Below are positions 11,905 through 25,710 of a stretch of DNA of 64,000 nucleotides, piece after piece. The stretch's first letter is position 1. Each line of letters opens with the position of its first letter. Origin of the DNA: Octopus sinensis (taxonomy: Eukaryota); NCBI RefSeq assembly GCF_006345805.1, contig NC_043005.1, positions 65,782,001-65,846,000 on the forward strand, given 5' to 3'. Under the pieces are notes generated by a model, which did not search any database, had not been told where the DNA came from, and worked only from the letters and a program-made list of their open reading frames with translations. The translations under genes were made by a program, and so were the position numbers.

Positions 11905-12400
11905 TATTATAATAATGAAATGATTGTATACATTGCTCAGGTGCACCACAACTTGTCAAAAGTGCATATAAAGTACATGCAGTAATGTACAAATGTCTGG
12001 AAAGTGAACAGTGTATGAGTCAGAAACATGCTTGCATGTGTATGGAGGGGAGAAAATCAGGTGTAGTGTTGGCGAATCTCAGGAAGCATGAAAGTTTTGA
12101 AGGATGCAGTGCTCCGACAACTAACAACTGATGCCGGCAGTTTGTTCCATACTTCAGCAACTCTTAGTGTGGAAAAATGTTTCCGAAAGTCATGGGAGCT
12201 GTGCTGTTTTCTGACTTTGTAAACATGTCCACAGGTGTTAGACAGGTGGAGTTTGAAAAGGTGCTCAGAGTTATTGTTTGTAAGATGGTTAATAATTTTA
12301 TGGGTGTCTGCCAAGTCAGCTGCCAGATGTCGAAGTTTCAATGTATAATTAAGAAGACTGCAAATCAGGAAATTCTTCTGTCAATTTTTAAAAAACAGAA
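11905..12400 (-). mobile_element. CR1/L2-clade LINE 3' end
   Basis: ORF 12057..12341: TCGHVYKVRKQ..FRKHFSTLRVAEVWNKLPASVV..TASFK, followed by 3' UTR and ATT tail. Confidence 0.8.
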
Positions 12401-14469
12401 AAACAAAGTACTTTGGATATGTAACATGACTTGCTACCTCTAGTGATTATATTCATGCATGAATAAACCCCACAATAAAAGAGGTACAGGAAGATCATAA
12501 AGGGAGAGGTTGAGCAAAATCAAGGAACAGAGAAGAGGACAGTAGAAAATTTGAGGCTGGCCGATGACTAAGAAAGGATGAAGGAGAAAGTTGTGTGTTT
12601 TGCTGTGCACTTCAGGCTCCCAAGTTTATGATTTGAACTGATTGGTCATAAACTTACACAACCTTCCATCACCCAGCATAGCATATACACATTTATCTCT
12701 TCTGAATATTCCCAGGCATTGCTGCACAACTACAGCTCAACATCAGCTACTTAGAAACCTAGCTCCAAACAAATTCTACTGAACATGCACATTCTCCTCT
12801 TTTACAAGAAATATCAAATAAAATCAATTATATATATCATCACACACAACATAAACATACTGTAAAATGCACCAACAAGGGAGCCTCTGCATAGTCTCTC
12901 TATTTGCAAGAAATAGCAGTCAAATCTCCCTCATATCACATTCTACTGCTTTAAAAAAAGGACACATAGGATGTCTTTTTTCATGGCTCAACATCAAAAA
13001 AAAATCAAATGGAAATATTATAGTTGTGATACCTGTGCTGGTGGCACATAAAAGCACCATCCAAATGTGGCCAATGCCAATGTTACTTTGACTGGCTTCT
13101 GTCAAGCACCAACTGATTGTGGCCATTGCCAGCCTTCTCTGGCCCCTGTACTGGTGGTACATAAAAAGCACCCACTACACTCATGGAGTGGTTGGCGTTA
13201 GGAAGGGCATCCAGCTGTAGAAACAGATCAGACTGGAGCCTGGTGCAGCCTCCTGGCTTCCCAGACCCTGGTTGAGCCGTCCAACCCATGATAGCATGGA
13301 AAACGGACATTAAACGATGATGGTGATGATGATGAGGCTTTGAGGAAAGGACTGTGCCAATGTGCTGCACAGGCTCTCAAAAACCAGTGAGACTGACATG
13401 TTAGTGTTTCTCTTGAATAGTTACATGAAAAACAAGTGCATGGAAGGAACTCCAGAGGGCCAACTTTCTGAGAAGGAAGGACAAAACATTAGTTAGAGTA
13501 GCAGCTAGGTGAGTGCACTATGAGTGACAAGAGGAGGAATGATGAGTAAATCTTTGCATAGATTGTACACCACTGTTGTTGTTGGGGCAGGGGGGGGGAT
13601 GTAGTATCTTTGTATTTCCATCCTGCGAGCTATTTTCCTTTTTTAATATAGTAAAAGTTTACTGCTTTTTTTATTCCAGTTTCCCAAAATAGGCTTAAAC
13701 CAAAATTTAAACACCGTAATACAACTCCTTAACGAAACACTCATGCACAACATTCACATTATAATTAAAAAGAAACGAAATTATGAGCCTAACAGATGCC
13801 CCTCAAATTCTAAATTACACAATGATAAGACACAATAGATTAAACCCTTGGAGAAAGCTTTTAACATACATGAAATCAAGCATCCAGTACATAGCTATCA
13901 CAAACAAGAATCAATTGTTGATAGGGAATGTCAAAACACACAAGTATTCAAAATAAAAACTAACAAAAGCAAAGACTATTGAAAAGGTTGCAAGACGCAA
14001 TGAAAATTTTAGGAAAATAAAAATAAGAAATAAGTGGAAATTTTACCGGTGAGTGTGTTAAATTATAAGGCATCAAAAGAGAATGACTCTCCCCAGACAC
14101 AACAGAATATGCTTCAACACACGAACTCATATAAAGAATCTTGCAAACCAAATCCAAAAATGAAACAAAAGAAAATATATCAGCATAATAAACTTCTACA
14201 GCCAACAGCCCTAACAACCATATAGCTAGATTACATACAGCAACTTAACACACACCCAAAAACCACACCAAAACACCTTGTTGGGTTCATTACATCCATC
14301 CTTCTATATCAGCTTCTGCTATGAACATCTAGAAACCACAACCACATGACAACAGTTACCAAAACAAAAAAAAAAAACATCAAATAACAATATAAAAATA
14401 CTTTCAATAAAAGCCCAGTTATTGAGTGGTTTCTTCTGAATAGATTGAGGGTTGGCAACATCCATGAAG

Positions 14470-16070
14470 AATCAGGATCATCATCATCATCACCATTTTC
14501 ATGTCTACGTTTCCATGCTTGCATGGACTGGAAGAGTCCTTTCACACACAGCATTTTGCCATCTGTTGCATTGTTTTGTCATCACTTTGGTCGGGTTCAA
14601 CATCTTGAGATCAATCTTTACAACTTCTGCCCTTGTCTTCGTTGGTTATCCTCTTTAACTTGGATATCCCAGGAACTCTTTCATCCATCTGTTACCTTCC
14701 ATACACATCACATGTCCATACCAATACAGTCTTTGTTCTTGCACACTATGACTCATTCCTTTTATACCTATTTCTTTACTACCCACAAGGGGCCAAACAC
14801 AGAGGGGACAAACAAGGACAGACATAGGTATTAAGTCGATTACATCGACCCCAGTGCGTAACTGGTACTTAATTTATCAACCCCGAAAGGATGAAAGGCA
14901 AAGTCGACCTCGGCAGAATTTGAACTCACAACGTAACGCAGACGAAATACCGCTAAGCATTTCACCCGGCGTGCTAACGTTTCTGCCAGCTCGCCGCCTT
15001 TCAATTATTCAATCACATTCCTTTTATACCTGGTTTACTGCTAAGCTTATCAATACCATATCATTCATGCATACTCACATTACACACCCAGCAAAGAGCA
15101 TACGTGCTTCATTTCTTTCCAGGCTTCACTCATTCAGTACCCACATCTCACTACCACAAAGAATTGCACTACATGCACAAATAACACACACTCTACCCTT
15201 TACTCAAAGAGAGAATCCCTTTGTTGCCAGCAGAAGTAATAGCTCCCTCAACATATTCCCATTTTGTCCTTACTCTGTCTACTATGCTTTCAGAGCACCT
15301 TCCTCCACTGCTAGTAAGTTTAACCAGGTAACAGAAGCTATTAACTACTTTTATAGAGCCTTCCAAACATTTAAAAGGAATTTATTTTACTACTGAACTA
15401 ACAATTCCTCAACATCTTTCTCAGAGAGGCACAAGCACCTACACACACATATACACACACGGCAGTAACTTCCACCTACCAAATTCAATCACAAAGCTTC
15501 AGTCAGCCCGGGGTTATAGCAGAAGACACTTGCCCAAAGTGCCACGCAGTGGGACTGAACCCGAAACCATATAGCTGGGAAGCGAGCTGCCTAACCACAC
15601 AGCCATCCCCACACCTGTTACATATGTCTTTATTCACTGTCAGCCTGCCTGAGATTTCAGTATACGTCTTGTACAATCATAGTGCACACCATATGGAGTT
15701 CTGACCTACTTTTTTCTGTTCATCAAGCACAGCCATTTTCTTGCAGTCTTGTCGTCATCTCTACTCACTAAAACCTTGGTCTTTGCCAAGTTCATGCTGA
15801 GGTTTCTTGGTTCAAGGTTTTACTTCCACAGTTGAGATTTCTCCTCTAAGTCCTTCACAGACTCTGCTTTAAGAACATTAATACATATGAGTTCCCACTG
15901 ACAGCCAGCCTTAAACTCTTCTGTTAAAGCTTGGAAAACAATAATAAATAGAAGAAGGCAGAGAACTGAGCCTTGGTAAACACCTACCTGTACACTAAAT
16001 TCCTCACTGAACTCATTGCCAACTCTCACTTTACAGAAAACAGTACACAGCTTGCCCTGCTCTAACAAAC
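14470..16070 (-). mobile_element. RTE LINE 3' portion with (GAT)n tail, interrupted by SINEs
   Basis: VGVYQGSVL..LLFIIV (ORF 15820..16083) and RLYWYGHV..; (CAT)n on the plus strand at about 14475..14492; SINE B at 14766..15000. Confidence 0.8.
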
Positions 16071-19000
16071 CACTGCTCAACAACTGGTGTTAGTACGTTT
16101 ACATCCCTGTAACTTAGCAGTTCAGCAAAAAATAATCAATAGAGCAAGTGCCAGACTTAAAAAATTCTCCAAGGCAGTGCTCCAGCATGACCACAGACTA
16201 ATGACTGAAACAAGTAAAAAAAAACACTACCAGATAATGTAGGAGGGATAGTGTTTTTAGAACAGTATTGCAGATATGAATGCTTGTTGGGAAAGACTGT
16301 GAATATAGGCATAGGAGTGGCTGTGTGGTAAGTAACTTGCTTACCAACCACATAGTTCCGGGTTCGGACCCACTGCGTGGCACCTTGGGCAAGTGTCTTC
16401 TACTATAGCCTCGGACCGACCAAAGCTTTGTGAGGGGACAGAAACTGAAAGCAGCCCGTCATATATATGTATATATATATATGGATGTGTGTGTGTGTGT
16501 TTATGTTTGTGTGTGTGTTTGTCCCCCCAACATTGCTTGACAACCTATGCTGGTGTCTTTACATCCCCGTAACTTAGCGGTTCAGCAAAAGAGACTGACA
16601 GAATAAGTCCTGGGGTCGATTTGTTCAACTAAAAGGCGGTGCTCCAGCATGGCAACTGTCAAATGACTGAAATAAGTAAAAGAATAAAAAAGAGAGTACA
16701 GTAGCAGTGATTGGGAATTTTGGAGGTTGTTAATGGCAAAAAACTGCAGTTTTCACATATCCAGGTGATTCTGTTATCTAAGGAATCTGTATGAAACCTG
16801 TGATATGAAGTATTGTTTTGTGATCTTTGTAACTTGTTAAAAGTGTGATGGATTCAATACTTGTGCATTGATTGACATTTTATTTATTGTCATCTATATA
16901 GGCTGTAAATGTAGAAGTTTCATATGTACAAGCATACCCCAGGTCACCACTACTTCAGGTTACAGGATTCCACACTTATGGAAATAGCAGAGTATGACCA
17001 TTAATTTCAGGATATGATCTGTAATTTTGCTCTTACAGAAACTTGAATTGCATAGTTTTAAATTGCCAACAGTTTAAAACTACACTTTCTTCTTAACTCA
17101 TTGGCCACTTGTGTTGTACTTAAGATCAAAGTATATATAAGTAATGTTTATTGCTACTTAAACATGACTGTTCTGTAGGAACTGATGTTACTACCATTTT
17201 AACCCCAGGAGGACATCTCCTCCAACTGGTCATTTGATGCAGCCTGCACCCGATATATATTGCAAGCAGGGAAACAAACTCCTACCATCCACCAGCAACA
17301 GGGCCACCAGACTGTACGGAACTGCCATATTGATGTGGCAATAAATGTAACTTCTTAGTATAGTTACTACTTCCATCTCTTATACAGATTTTCTAATTAG
17401 CTACTTTGCTTGTTTCAAAGTATATGGTTAACGATTTGAAAAACTAACATCACATTACATACAAACACATGTATATATAATGTACATAATGTGAATATTG
17501 TGAAGCCATTAATACCAACACATTTTTCTCTGTCTTTTTCCTCTCTCTCTCTCTCTATCTCTCTCCATTATTTTCCCTTTCATCCATTTCTAATTAAGAG
17601 CCTAGGCTCAAAACGTCAAGGAGTTTTCCATTCTTCCTGAGCATCAAACTAATACACCTGTTTGTTGTTCCCTCACCTATTTTTGTCTTTTGTTTCTATA
17701 CATTTGAACCACACACACACACACACGCTCACACATGCACATGTGTGTGTGTGTGTAATTGTGTGTGTATGTGGGTTTCTATCATCAATACCAACACAAC
17801 CACCAACAGCAACAATACATAGTATTCTTTTATTCTTTTACTTTTCTACTTGTTTCAGTCATTTGACTGTGGCCATGCTGGAGCACCACCTTTAGTCGAG
17901 CAAATCAACCCCAGGACTTATTCTTTGTAAGCCTAGTACTTATTCTATCGGTCTCTTTTGCCAAACCGTTAAGTTACAGGGCCGTAAACACACCAGCATC
18001 GGTTGTCAAGCGATGTTGGGGATGGGGGGACAAACACAGACACACATACATACATATATGTATACATATATACAACGGGCTTCTTTCAGTTTCCGTTTAC
18101 CAAATCCACTCACAAGGCTTTGGTCGGCCCAAGGCTATAGTAGAAGACACTTGCCCAAGGTGTCACACAGTGGGACTGAACCCGGAACCATGTGGTTGGT
18201 AAGCAAGCTACTTACCACACAACCAAATCAATGTCAAATAAAAACATATAATGTGGTATTCTAGTGTATTTTAAAAGTTAAATGAAATGTCTTTGGTCTT
18301 TGGTCTATGAGGATTGACTTGAGACGAGACTAAACAGCCACAACAATATAATTGACCACCACACCACAAACAATACCCAGCCATCATCATTAACATCTAA
18401 ATCAATTCAGTCCACATCATGACCACTATCAACCCACCAACTTTTGAATCCAATTGGCTACAACAGATATCAGCATGTATGCCAACATATGTATGTATGA
18501 CTGTGTGTATATGAGTGCTTTTGTATGAGTGTGTTGTGTGTGTGTTTATGCCATATATCAGAACTGCAAGGGGAAAATTGCTTATAAAATCTGGTGCCCC
18601 TTCAACTAACTGTAATCATAAATACTTTCTGTTCTTCAGTCCTTCCCCCTTTTCATTTCATTTTAATTATTACATCCATGGGAATAAGACAATTTTCCAC
18701 TCTCACAAAACAGATCTTTCCTGGGTCAATGTTTTTTATTACATATTTATTATAGATAATTAAATCACTGCTGCTGTTGGATTTACCTTCAATTTAAGAT
18801 GTCTAGAAGGAAGCTATTAAGTAGAAATCAAGGCAGTAGTGCAAAAAGGAACAATAAAGGGATTACACTGGATATTAAACTTGATGTGGGAGAAGATTAA
18901 GTTACATTGTCAAAACATTAAATCTTGCAATGTCTACAGTTGGAACAATGCATGACAACAAAGAGAAAATGATGTCAATTGCTCAAGAAGCTAGTCTTTT

Positions 19001-19186
19001 AACTGTCTGTACCTTATTTTTCCATAGATCCAAAGTAATGCTTAAAAAGGAACGACTCTTGAGAGTGTGGATTGAGGATCAGAGTCAGTATAATGTGCCA
19101 ATAAACATGATGGTAATTCAAAAAAAAAAAAAAAAGAAACCTTAAAAGTTTACATGATGAATTGCAGAGAAAGGAAAGAAAAACTA

Positions 19187-20386
19187 CCATAAAAACCCAT
19201 GTAATATGCACACCTGTGTAATTTACACAGGTGATTTTCAGGATAAAAATTGTTAAAAAATTTGCACCCAAAAGTTTTCAGAATTGCTGAAATGGCCAGG
19301 GGGAATGTATTTAGCATAATTTCACTTACTTATGATTAGATTTTATCAAATTTTCAATAAATAGAAATAATTTCTGTTTAACAGGTATCACATTTAAAGC
19401 TATTAAATTACAAGGTGTTTGTGTTGTTTATAACAAACTTTATTTTACATTTCTTGCTCATATGAGATTATGTCCGATCTTTAGCATATTTCTGTATGTC
19501 TTCTCAAATTACAATCACAGAAAAAGTTATTGATAAGGATTATCAACAAAAACAAAGCTGATAAATACATACAGGTGTTGTAAATAAAGTTCAATTACCA
19601 ATAAACATCACCTTGGATGACACTTTACTCAACTGAGTAAAATATGGCCCGGACTGTAATTACCAGCATAAATATCAGACTTCAAAAGGTAGTTAACCAT
19701 TTAATCGTTTTAGTAAATTTATACAGAAAAAGTAAGTATTATACTGTCCAGCATAAATAAAAGTCAACTTCATTATATTTAAGCCCTTGTGGAGGCGCAA
19801 TGGCCCAGTGGTTAGGGCAGCGGACTCGCGGTCATAGGATCGCGGTTTCGATTCCCAGACCAGGCGTTGTGAGTGTTTATTGAGCGAAAACACCTAAAGC
19901 TCCACGAGGCTCCGGCAGGGGGTGGTGGTGATCCCTGCTGTACTCTTTCACCACAACTTTCTCTCAATCTTACTTCCTGTTTCTGTTGTACCTGTATTTC
20001 AAAGGGCCGGCCTTGTCACTCTCTGTGTCACACTGAATATCCCCGAGAACTACGTTAAGGGTGCACGTGTCTGTGGAGTGCTCAGCCACTTACACATTAA
20101 TTTCACGAGCAGGCTGTTCTGTTGATTCGGATCAACCGGAACCCTCATCGTCGTAACCAACGGAGTGCTTCCATCCATCATTTAAGCCCTTATTTTTTTC
20201 TGTAAAAACCTATTCTGACATTAAATGAATCAACTTCCAGAACAAATGTTTATGTTTTGTACTTGTTTTTTCAACAAAAAAAAAACTAAAAAAATTCTAG
20301 AAATAATCTATTCATGTAATTTACACACCCCTAAAGTTTATTTTTATTTTTGTGAAAAAATGTGTAAATTACATGGGTTTTTAAGG
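19187..20386. mobile_element. TA-flanked non-autonomous Tc1/pogo-type MITE inserted in the Tigger remnant
   Basis: 26-bp TIR CCATAAAAACCCATGTAATATGCACA against CCTTAAAAACCCATGTAATTTACACA (23/26), with TA on both sides. Confidence 0.8.
19789..20179 (+). mobile_element. tRNA-derived SINE (family D), full length with 12-bp TSD
   Basis: A/B-box head TGGCCCAGTGG..GGTTTCGATTCCC; TSD ATTTAAGCCCTT at 19777..19788 and 20180..20191. Confidence 0.88.
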
Positions 20387-22113
20387 TAACAAATCACTTC
20401 TTTTTGGATAGTAAAGGCTGGTTTGAGAGGTTTAAGAAGTATCTTTATCTTTCTTTTATCTTTTAATCATTTCAGTCATTTGACTGCGGCCATGCTGGAG
20501 CACCACCTTTTAGTCGAGCAAATCGACCCCAGGACTTATTCTTTGGAAGCCAAGCACTTATTCTATCGATCCCTTTTGCCAAACCGCTATTTTACAGGGA
20601 CGTAAACACACCACCATCGGTTGTTAAGCAATGTTGGGGGAAAAAAACACAGACACACACATACATACATATGATGGGCTTCTTTCAGTTTCCGTCTACC
20701 AAATCCACTCACAAGGCTTTGGTTGGCCCAAGGCTATAGTAGAGGACACTTGCCCAAGGTGCCACGCAGTGGAATGAACCCGGAACCATGTGGTTGGCAA
20801 ACAAGCTACTTACCTTGCACCACATAAAAATGACTGGTGGAACTGTGAGTGCTGATACAGAGGTTGCTATTCATTATCCTTGGCAGTTAAAGAAAATGAG
20901 TACACACCCAAAGCAAATATACCATGCTGATGAAATTGCACTTTTCTTGAAGAGCATGCCTGCAAGAACTTTTATTTCTCAAGAAGAAAAATCAACACCA
21001 GGATTTAAAGCTTCCAAAAATTGTCTGACACTTCTTTTGGGAGGAAATATCACTGGTGAAATGGATTTAAAGCTCCTACACATGTACCACTCTGAAAATC
21101 CAAGAGTTTTCAAGGATTACACAAAGTTTAATCTACCTCTGATTTAGCATTCAGTATGAAGGTATGGATAGCTAAGAGCCTTTTTCAAAAAGTGGTTTAC
21201 AAATGATTTTTTGTCTTGCTGTAGAAAGGCACAATGTTAGATATATTTTCAACAAAGCATTGCTTCCTTTAGACAATGCACCAAGCCACCCAGTGCACTT
21301 AATTGACCTTTCAATAATGTGAGAATAGGATAGTTAAACCTTCAACTTTGACTAATGCTTTGGAAAATATATGGCAAGACAGTATCTGTGACATTGCAAG
21401 GTTTTTTTCAAGCAGAAAGTCTACATAAATTCAATAAGATATTGTGACATTTCCAAAGGATGTAGGATTTGAGGAAATCATAGAAGATTATGTTATTGAG
21501 TTGCAAAGTATTCCAGAGAAAAAGTTTATCCAATTAAGAGCTGATACAGTTAGAAAAAGAACAAGCTGAGAATACAGATGAGACAATGGAAGTTCCACCT
21601 ACACCACTTAAATTGACTACAAAAATTACTGCCAAAGGATTGGCACTTATAGAGGAAGGTTGGCAGATTTTTGCTCTGTTGGTGCTGATGCCACTTAAAA
21701 AGCATCCAGTCCACAATGTGAAGTGAAGGGCATCCAGTTGGAAAAACTATGCCAAAACTCACCTTGTCTGTGCTGGTGCCACGTAAAAAGCACTCAGTCC
21801 ACTCTGTGAGGTTGTTGGCATTAGGAAGGGCATCCAGCCATAAAAACCATGCCAAGACAGATACAGAAGCCTGGTGTAGTCTTCTACCTGGCCAGCTCCT
21901 GTCAAACTATCCAACCCATACCAGCATGGAAGGTGGAAGTTAAACGATGATGACTGTCTGTTTAGAAATTGTCATTTTCTTGTATAAAGTTAATCCTGTA
22001 ACTTTTTCTGGGTTGTTTTCTTGTGCTTTATTTCAAAAAAGTTTGTAGGAACACAATTTCACTTACTAACATGAAAACCAACAGGAAAATTAATTCTGCA
22101 TTATGGGATTTAA

Positions 22114-22335
22114 CCTTTTAGTATTCAGATTATTCTGTCAAATGTAATGCTCATATAATCAAATTGTTTTGAATTAATCATGCAAAGACATCATAGTATT
22201 GAAATTTTGAGGATGTGATTGCTTATTCTTAGAATGACATTGTAGGATAAGTGTGCAAAGCCAAATCTGGCCAGTTTAAAACATAAAACCGGGAGAATAT
22301 TTGGATCAGATATGGCCGGTTTAAATGCTAAAGGG
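22114..22335. mobile_element. Second piggyBac-type MITE family, 222 bp
   Basis: TTAA-CCTTTTAGTATT...AATGCTAAAGGG-TTAA; interior does not match the first family. Confidence 0.75.
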
Positions 22336-23563
22336 TTAATGTCACAGCCAGATTTTCAGGAATACATTACTTTCACAAAGTGAGGAATTCCTTCTTGTAA
22401 TTCCTGTAATTCTTTTTCATGGAAGTGTTATGTTTCTGTTGTATAAAAATCAGATGTATTTTATGTGTTCTAGTAAGAAAGATGGCGAATTTTGTGAGTA
22501 GTTATACAAAAATTGTTGTTTTAACTCTAGGTAATTGAGGGAGGATTAGAACAGTGGTTTGGTGAATGGTAGAAGAGTGAGCCTGTAATGTTACCTGCAT
22601 ATAAGCTTGAGAAGGTGTGGAAAGGTCAAGAGGAAGAATATTTAGGAGATACCATTTTACAAACTACGTATTCTAGATGTGTTGTACTCTACTACATAAA
22701 ATTGATCTGAAAGACTGTTTGCTGGATAGCATTTTAAGTTTAAGATTTTTAATATTTTGTGTATATGAAGAATTACAGTTGAAAGCTCTCTCAAGGTCAA
22801 GAGTAGTTAAGTTGATATATGGTGAGGTTTTTTTTTTAACTGGTAAAAGACATCATGTCATGATTGTGTGAGGTTTGTACCTAGTGGATGGAGGCATGTG
22901 GCTTAGTGGTTAGGGTGTTAGACTCGTGATCATAAGATTGTGGTTTCAATTCCTGGACTGGGTGATGTGTCATGTTCTTGAGCAAAACACTTCATTTCAC
23001 ATTGCTCCAGTTCACTCAGCTGACAAAAATGAGTAATTTGTGATGGACCAGTGTCCCATCCAGGTGGAGAATATGCTGGCCCTTATGAGTCAGCATGACT
23101 CAAGAAGATACCTTAGGAGGTATCTAGTGTGATAGTTAAGTATAATGATCTAAAATCATAAGGTGAGTTGATGGAAGAAATATGTTGATTATAACAAGAA
23201 TTAATTTTTCTAGGATTTATGAAAATGTACATCAGAAGATGATGGGTTAATTTTTATTGAGCTTTAAAATTCTGCAGATTTGGGACTGTGAGTGCAATAA
23301 TTCTATCAGATATATGCTTATAACAATGTTAGACTTTAAAATTTTTGAGTTCCTGCTTTTCTGAAATATCTTTCTTGTTGAAAGAAGTTTGTGAAAGTGT
23401 TTTTCACTTTATTCATTGATGTATTTGTCTTGCAATAATGGTATGTATGCAACTGGAGATTGTTTATCATCTGATTGTGATTGTGTGAACGGGCAGAAAG
23501 TGCTGTCTGAAGAACTGTAGTTATTTGGGAAGATAGGTAGGTACATTGATGTGGATTATTTAA

Positions 23564-23641
23564 CCCTTTCATTACCAACCCGGCTGAAACCGGATCTGGC
23601 TCTGAGTACAAATGTCTTGTTTTCATGAGTTTTGAATTAAG
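23564..23641 (+). mobile_element. Truncated copy of the piggyBac-type MITE
   Basis: TTAA-CCCTTTCATTACCAACC start; similarity ends after about 80 bp. Confidence 0.75.
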
Positions 23642-24105
23642 CTTTTGAATTGGGGCTAGTAGATTTTTTGTGTTTCAGCCCATGAATCCATAAAAGCATA
23701 ATAAAAGTATGTGGCTCCATTTGCCAATCACATTCTTATTGTTGTATAATCAAAAAGTCAATGTCCTAGGATTTTCAGGTTTAAAAATTTTTCTAATTGT
23801 CACACATTAATTTCTACCACTCTAAACTACCCACAAAAATAAGAATTTCGATTTTGAGCCACCTTCATCTTCAGGGGATGAAAATTTATATCTAGAGTAG
23901 AGTTAAATGCAGCAGTTTTACATTTCTATAATCACCATCAGGTGTATTTTCAGACTATATATAGTTTTATATATATTCAACTGAGTTTTTCATTTCGTCC
24001 TGTTTTTGATCTCATTATTGCATAAGAAATCAAGCATTTCAGTAAGTGAATTGATGTGTTCTGTTAAGATTTCAGACCTTACTGTAAGATTAGAGAAGAT
24101 GGGAT

Positions 24106-24250
24106 CACTAGCATAGATGAAGGTGGTAGTGGGGGGTCCACCCCAGGTGGCACTTTTGGGTCTGCTGTAGACAATGTGTTTTTTTGTGGGGTCCGGGGGC
24201 AGCAAATGGAAGGGCCACTCCGGGCAGCACACACTCTAGCTATGCCAGTG
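24106..24250. mobile_element. hAT-type MITE, 145 bp, with perfect 8-bp TSD
   Basis: TIR CACTAGCATAG / CTATGCCAGTG; GATGGGAT on both flanks. Confidence 0.85.
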
Positions 24251-24902
24251 GATGGGATGCTCATCAACTGCTCTTATTAAGTAATAGCTGCCTAAACTTT
24301 AAATTTTTTAATAAACAGATCCCAAAACATGAAATTTTGCAATTTTTGGTTGGTATTTTTCTACATTAGGTGAGTCAAAAGAATTGATGTTTAGTGTCTA
24401 AGGGACTTGAGATGGTGGGGATTAAAGAAACTTTCCAAGGTATCAAACCTATTTGGAACGATTGGTCCCTAAAAATAAAAGAAATTCAATATTTCAAAAA
24501 TTTTGGAAATTTCCTAAAACTTTAAATGGTAATAAAATCTGAATGGTAACAGCTAAGGGGCTAAACTTTTCAGGAATCACTCCTTTCATACATACTAATA
24601 AATGGCGTAAATTTGAAAAAAATCTAAGAACATTCACAAGGGACCCTTGTTGAATTTCACTGGAATGACCCAGTAGTGGTAGTTCAACTAGAAAATTGTA
24701 AAAAAAAAATGAAATCAACATTCAGGAAATAAATAATAAGTGTCTGTTTATGTGAAAGATATAATACCAATAATCTGCATATCTTCCAAAATAGCATCAA
24801 GGTATTACATTCCAATAATGAATGATGCTGGTTCCTTTTCAATTCCATTCACATCTGTGATACCTTATTGGAATATAAACAGCACCAGCTGCTACTCTAT
24901 AT

Positions 24903-25164
24903 CAGTGTTTCTTAACCTTTTTTTTTCCTCTGGACTCCTTTTGATTTTTTTTTTTTTACTCCACTGGGCCCTCGTACTCATTCAGTTTTCTTTTTAATCC
25001 TATTACATCCCTATAATTAAATATTACTAGGAACTGTATAAAAAAAATTGTTAAAATATTTTGTACATAGTAGAGGCTTAATCGATTTACAGCACATAAA
25101 CTTTAACAACAAAATCTTATATGGACCCTGCAAGAGTCATAAGGACCCCTGATGAGAGCTATTG
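24903..25164. mobile_element. Charlie/MER5-like hAT MITE
   Basis: Starts CAGTGTTTCTTAACC; flanks CTCTATAT and ATCTATAT (7/8 TSD); right TIR degenerate. Confidence 0.55.
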
Positions 25165-25644
25165 ATCTATATCATCGATGTCAGAATGAAAGGTAAAGTT
25201 AACTTTGGACGGACTTGAACTCAGGACCTAAAGAAGTGATACTAACAACAGCAGAGCAGTTTATGTGACGCTGTGACAATTCTACCAAACCACATAAAAT
25301 TATAGATCGATTAGACAAAACTATTACTTTTGTTAAAAGAATGTCATTATATTTTCAGTGCTCTAATTAAAATTGTGAGAGTAAGTCGAGAACCTGCAAT
25401 ATCTAGGAATATAAGTAAAACAAGAAATGATAAATCAAAGTATGTGGGACAGTAAGAGTATGTACGATGTTTTCACAAGTTTAGCAGGTGACTGCCAAGT
25501 TGTTGCCTGATGGTCTTGTAGAACAATTTTGTTTTCTTTTGAACATCTTCCAAAAATAAACAAAAGAGAAATTTTCATAGATTCACACACAAAAATGTTT
25601 AACTGATTAAAAACATTATTTGAATTAATTTTTTAAAAACTTAC

Positions 25645-25710
25645 TCCTTTACCAAGCCGTTTTTTTATATCATATTTCTTAGTAATGTGTGCTTCTAGAT
25701 CGGCTGTCAT
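25645..25710 (-). CDS. MAPK15: MAPK15 (ERK7/ERK8) coding exon 1, MTADLEAHITKKYDIKKRLGKG
   Basis: Hand translation: ATG at 25710-25708, 66 nt, GxG start of the glycine loop, followed by a GTAAGT donor; phase 0 matches the next exon. Confidence 0.93.

Larger units (their letters stand above)
18840..21670 (+). mobile_element. Tigger/pogo-like transposase remnant, interrupted by a MITE and SINEs
   Basis: HTH part at 18860..19184 (STVGT..KEK, ERLLRVWIEDQ), SKGWFERFKK at about 20410, and the DDE part in ORF 20788..21147 (QIYHADE..MPARTFISQEEKSTPGFKASK..YHSENPR). Confidence 0.85.

Noticed and set aside
19789-19860. tRNA-like A/B-box sequence as a tRNA gene
   Set aside because: No full cloverleaf or acceptor stem; it continues into a SINE body and is flanked by a TSD. 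The same applies to the heads of SINE families A, B and C.
25149-25200. CTGATGA as a second hammerhead core (also at about 6299, 20925 and 55090)
   Set aside because: No stem II followed by GAAAC and no closing stem I could be built.
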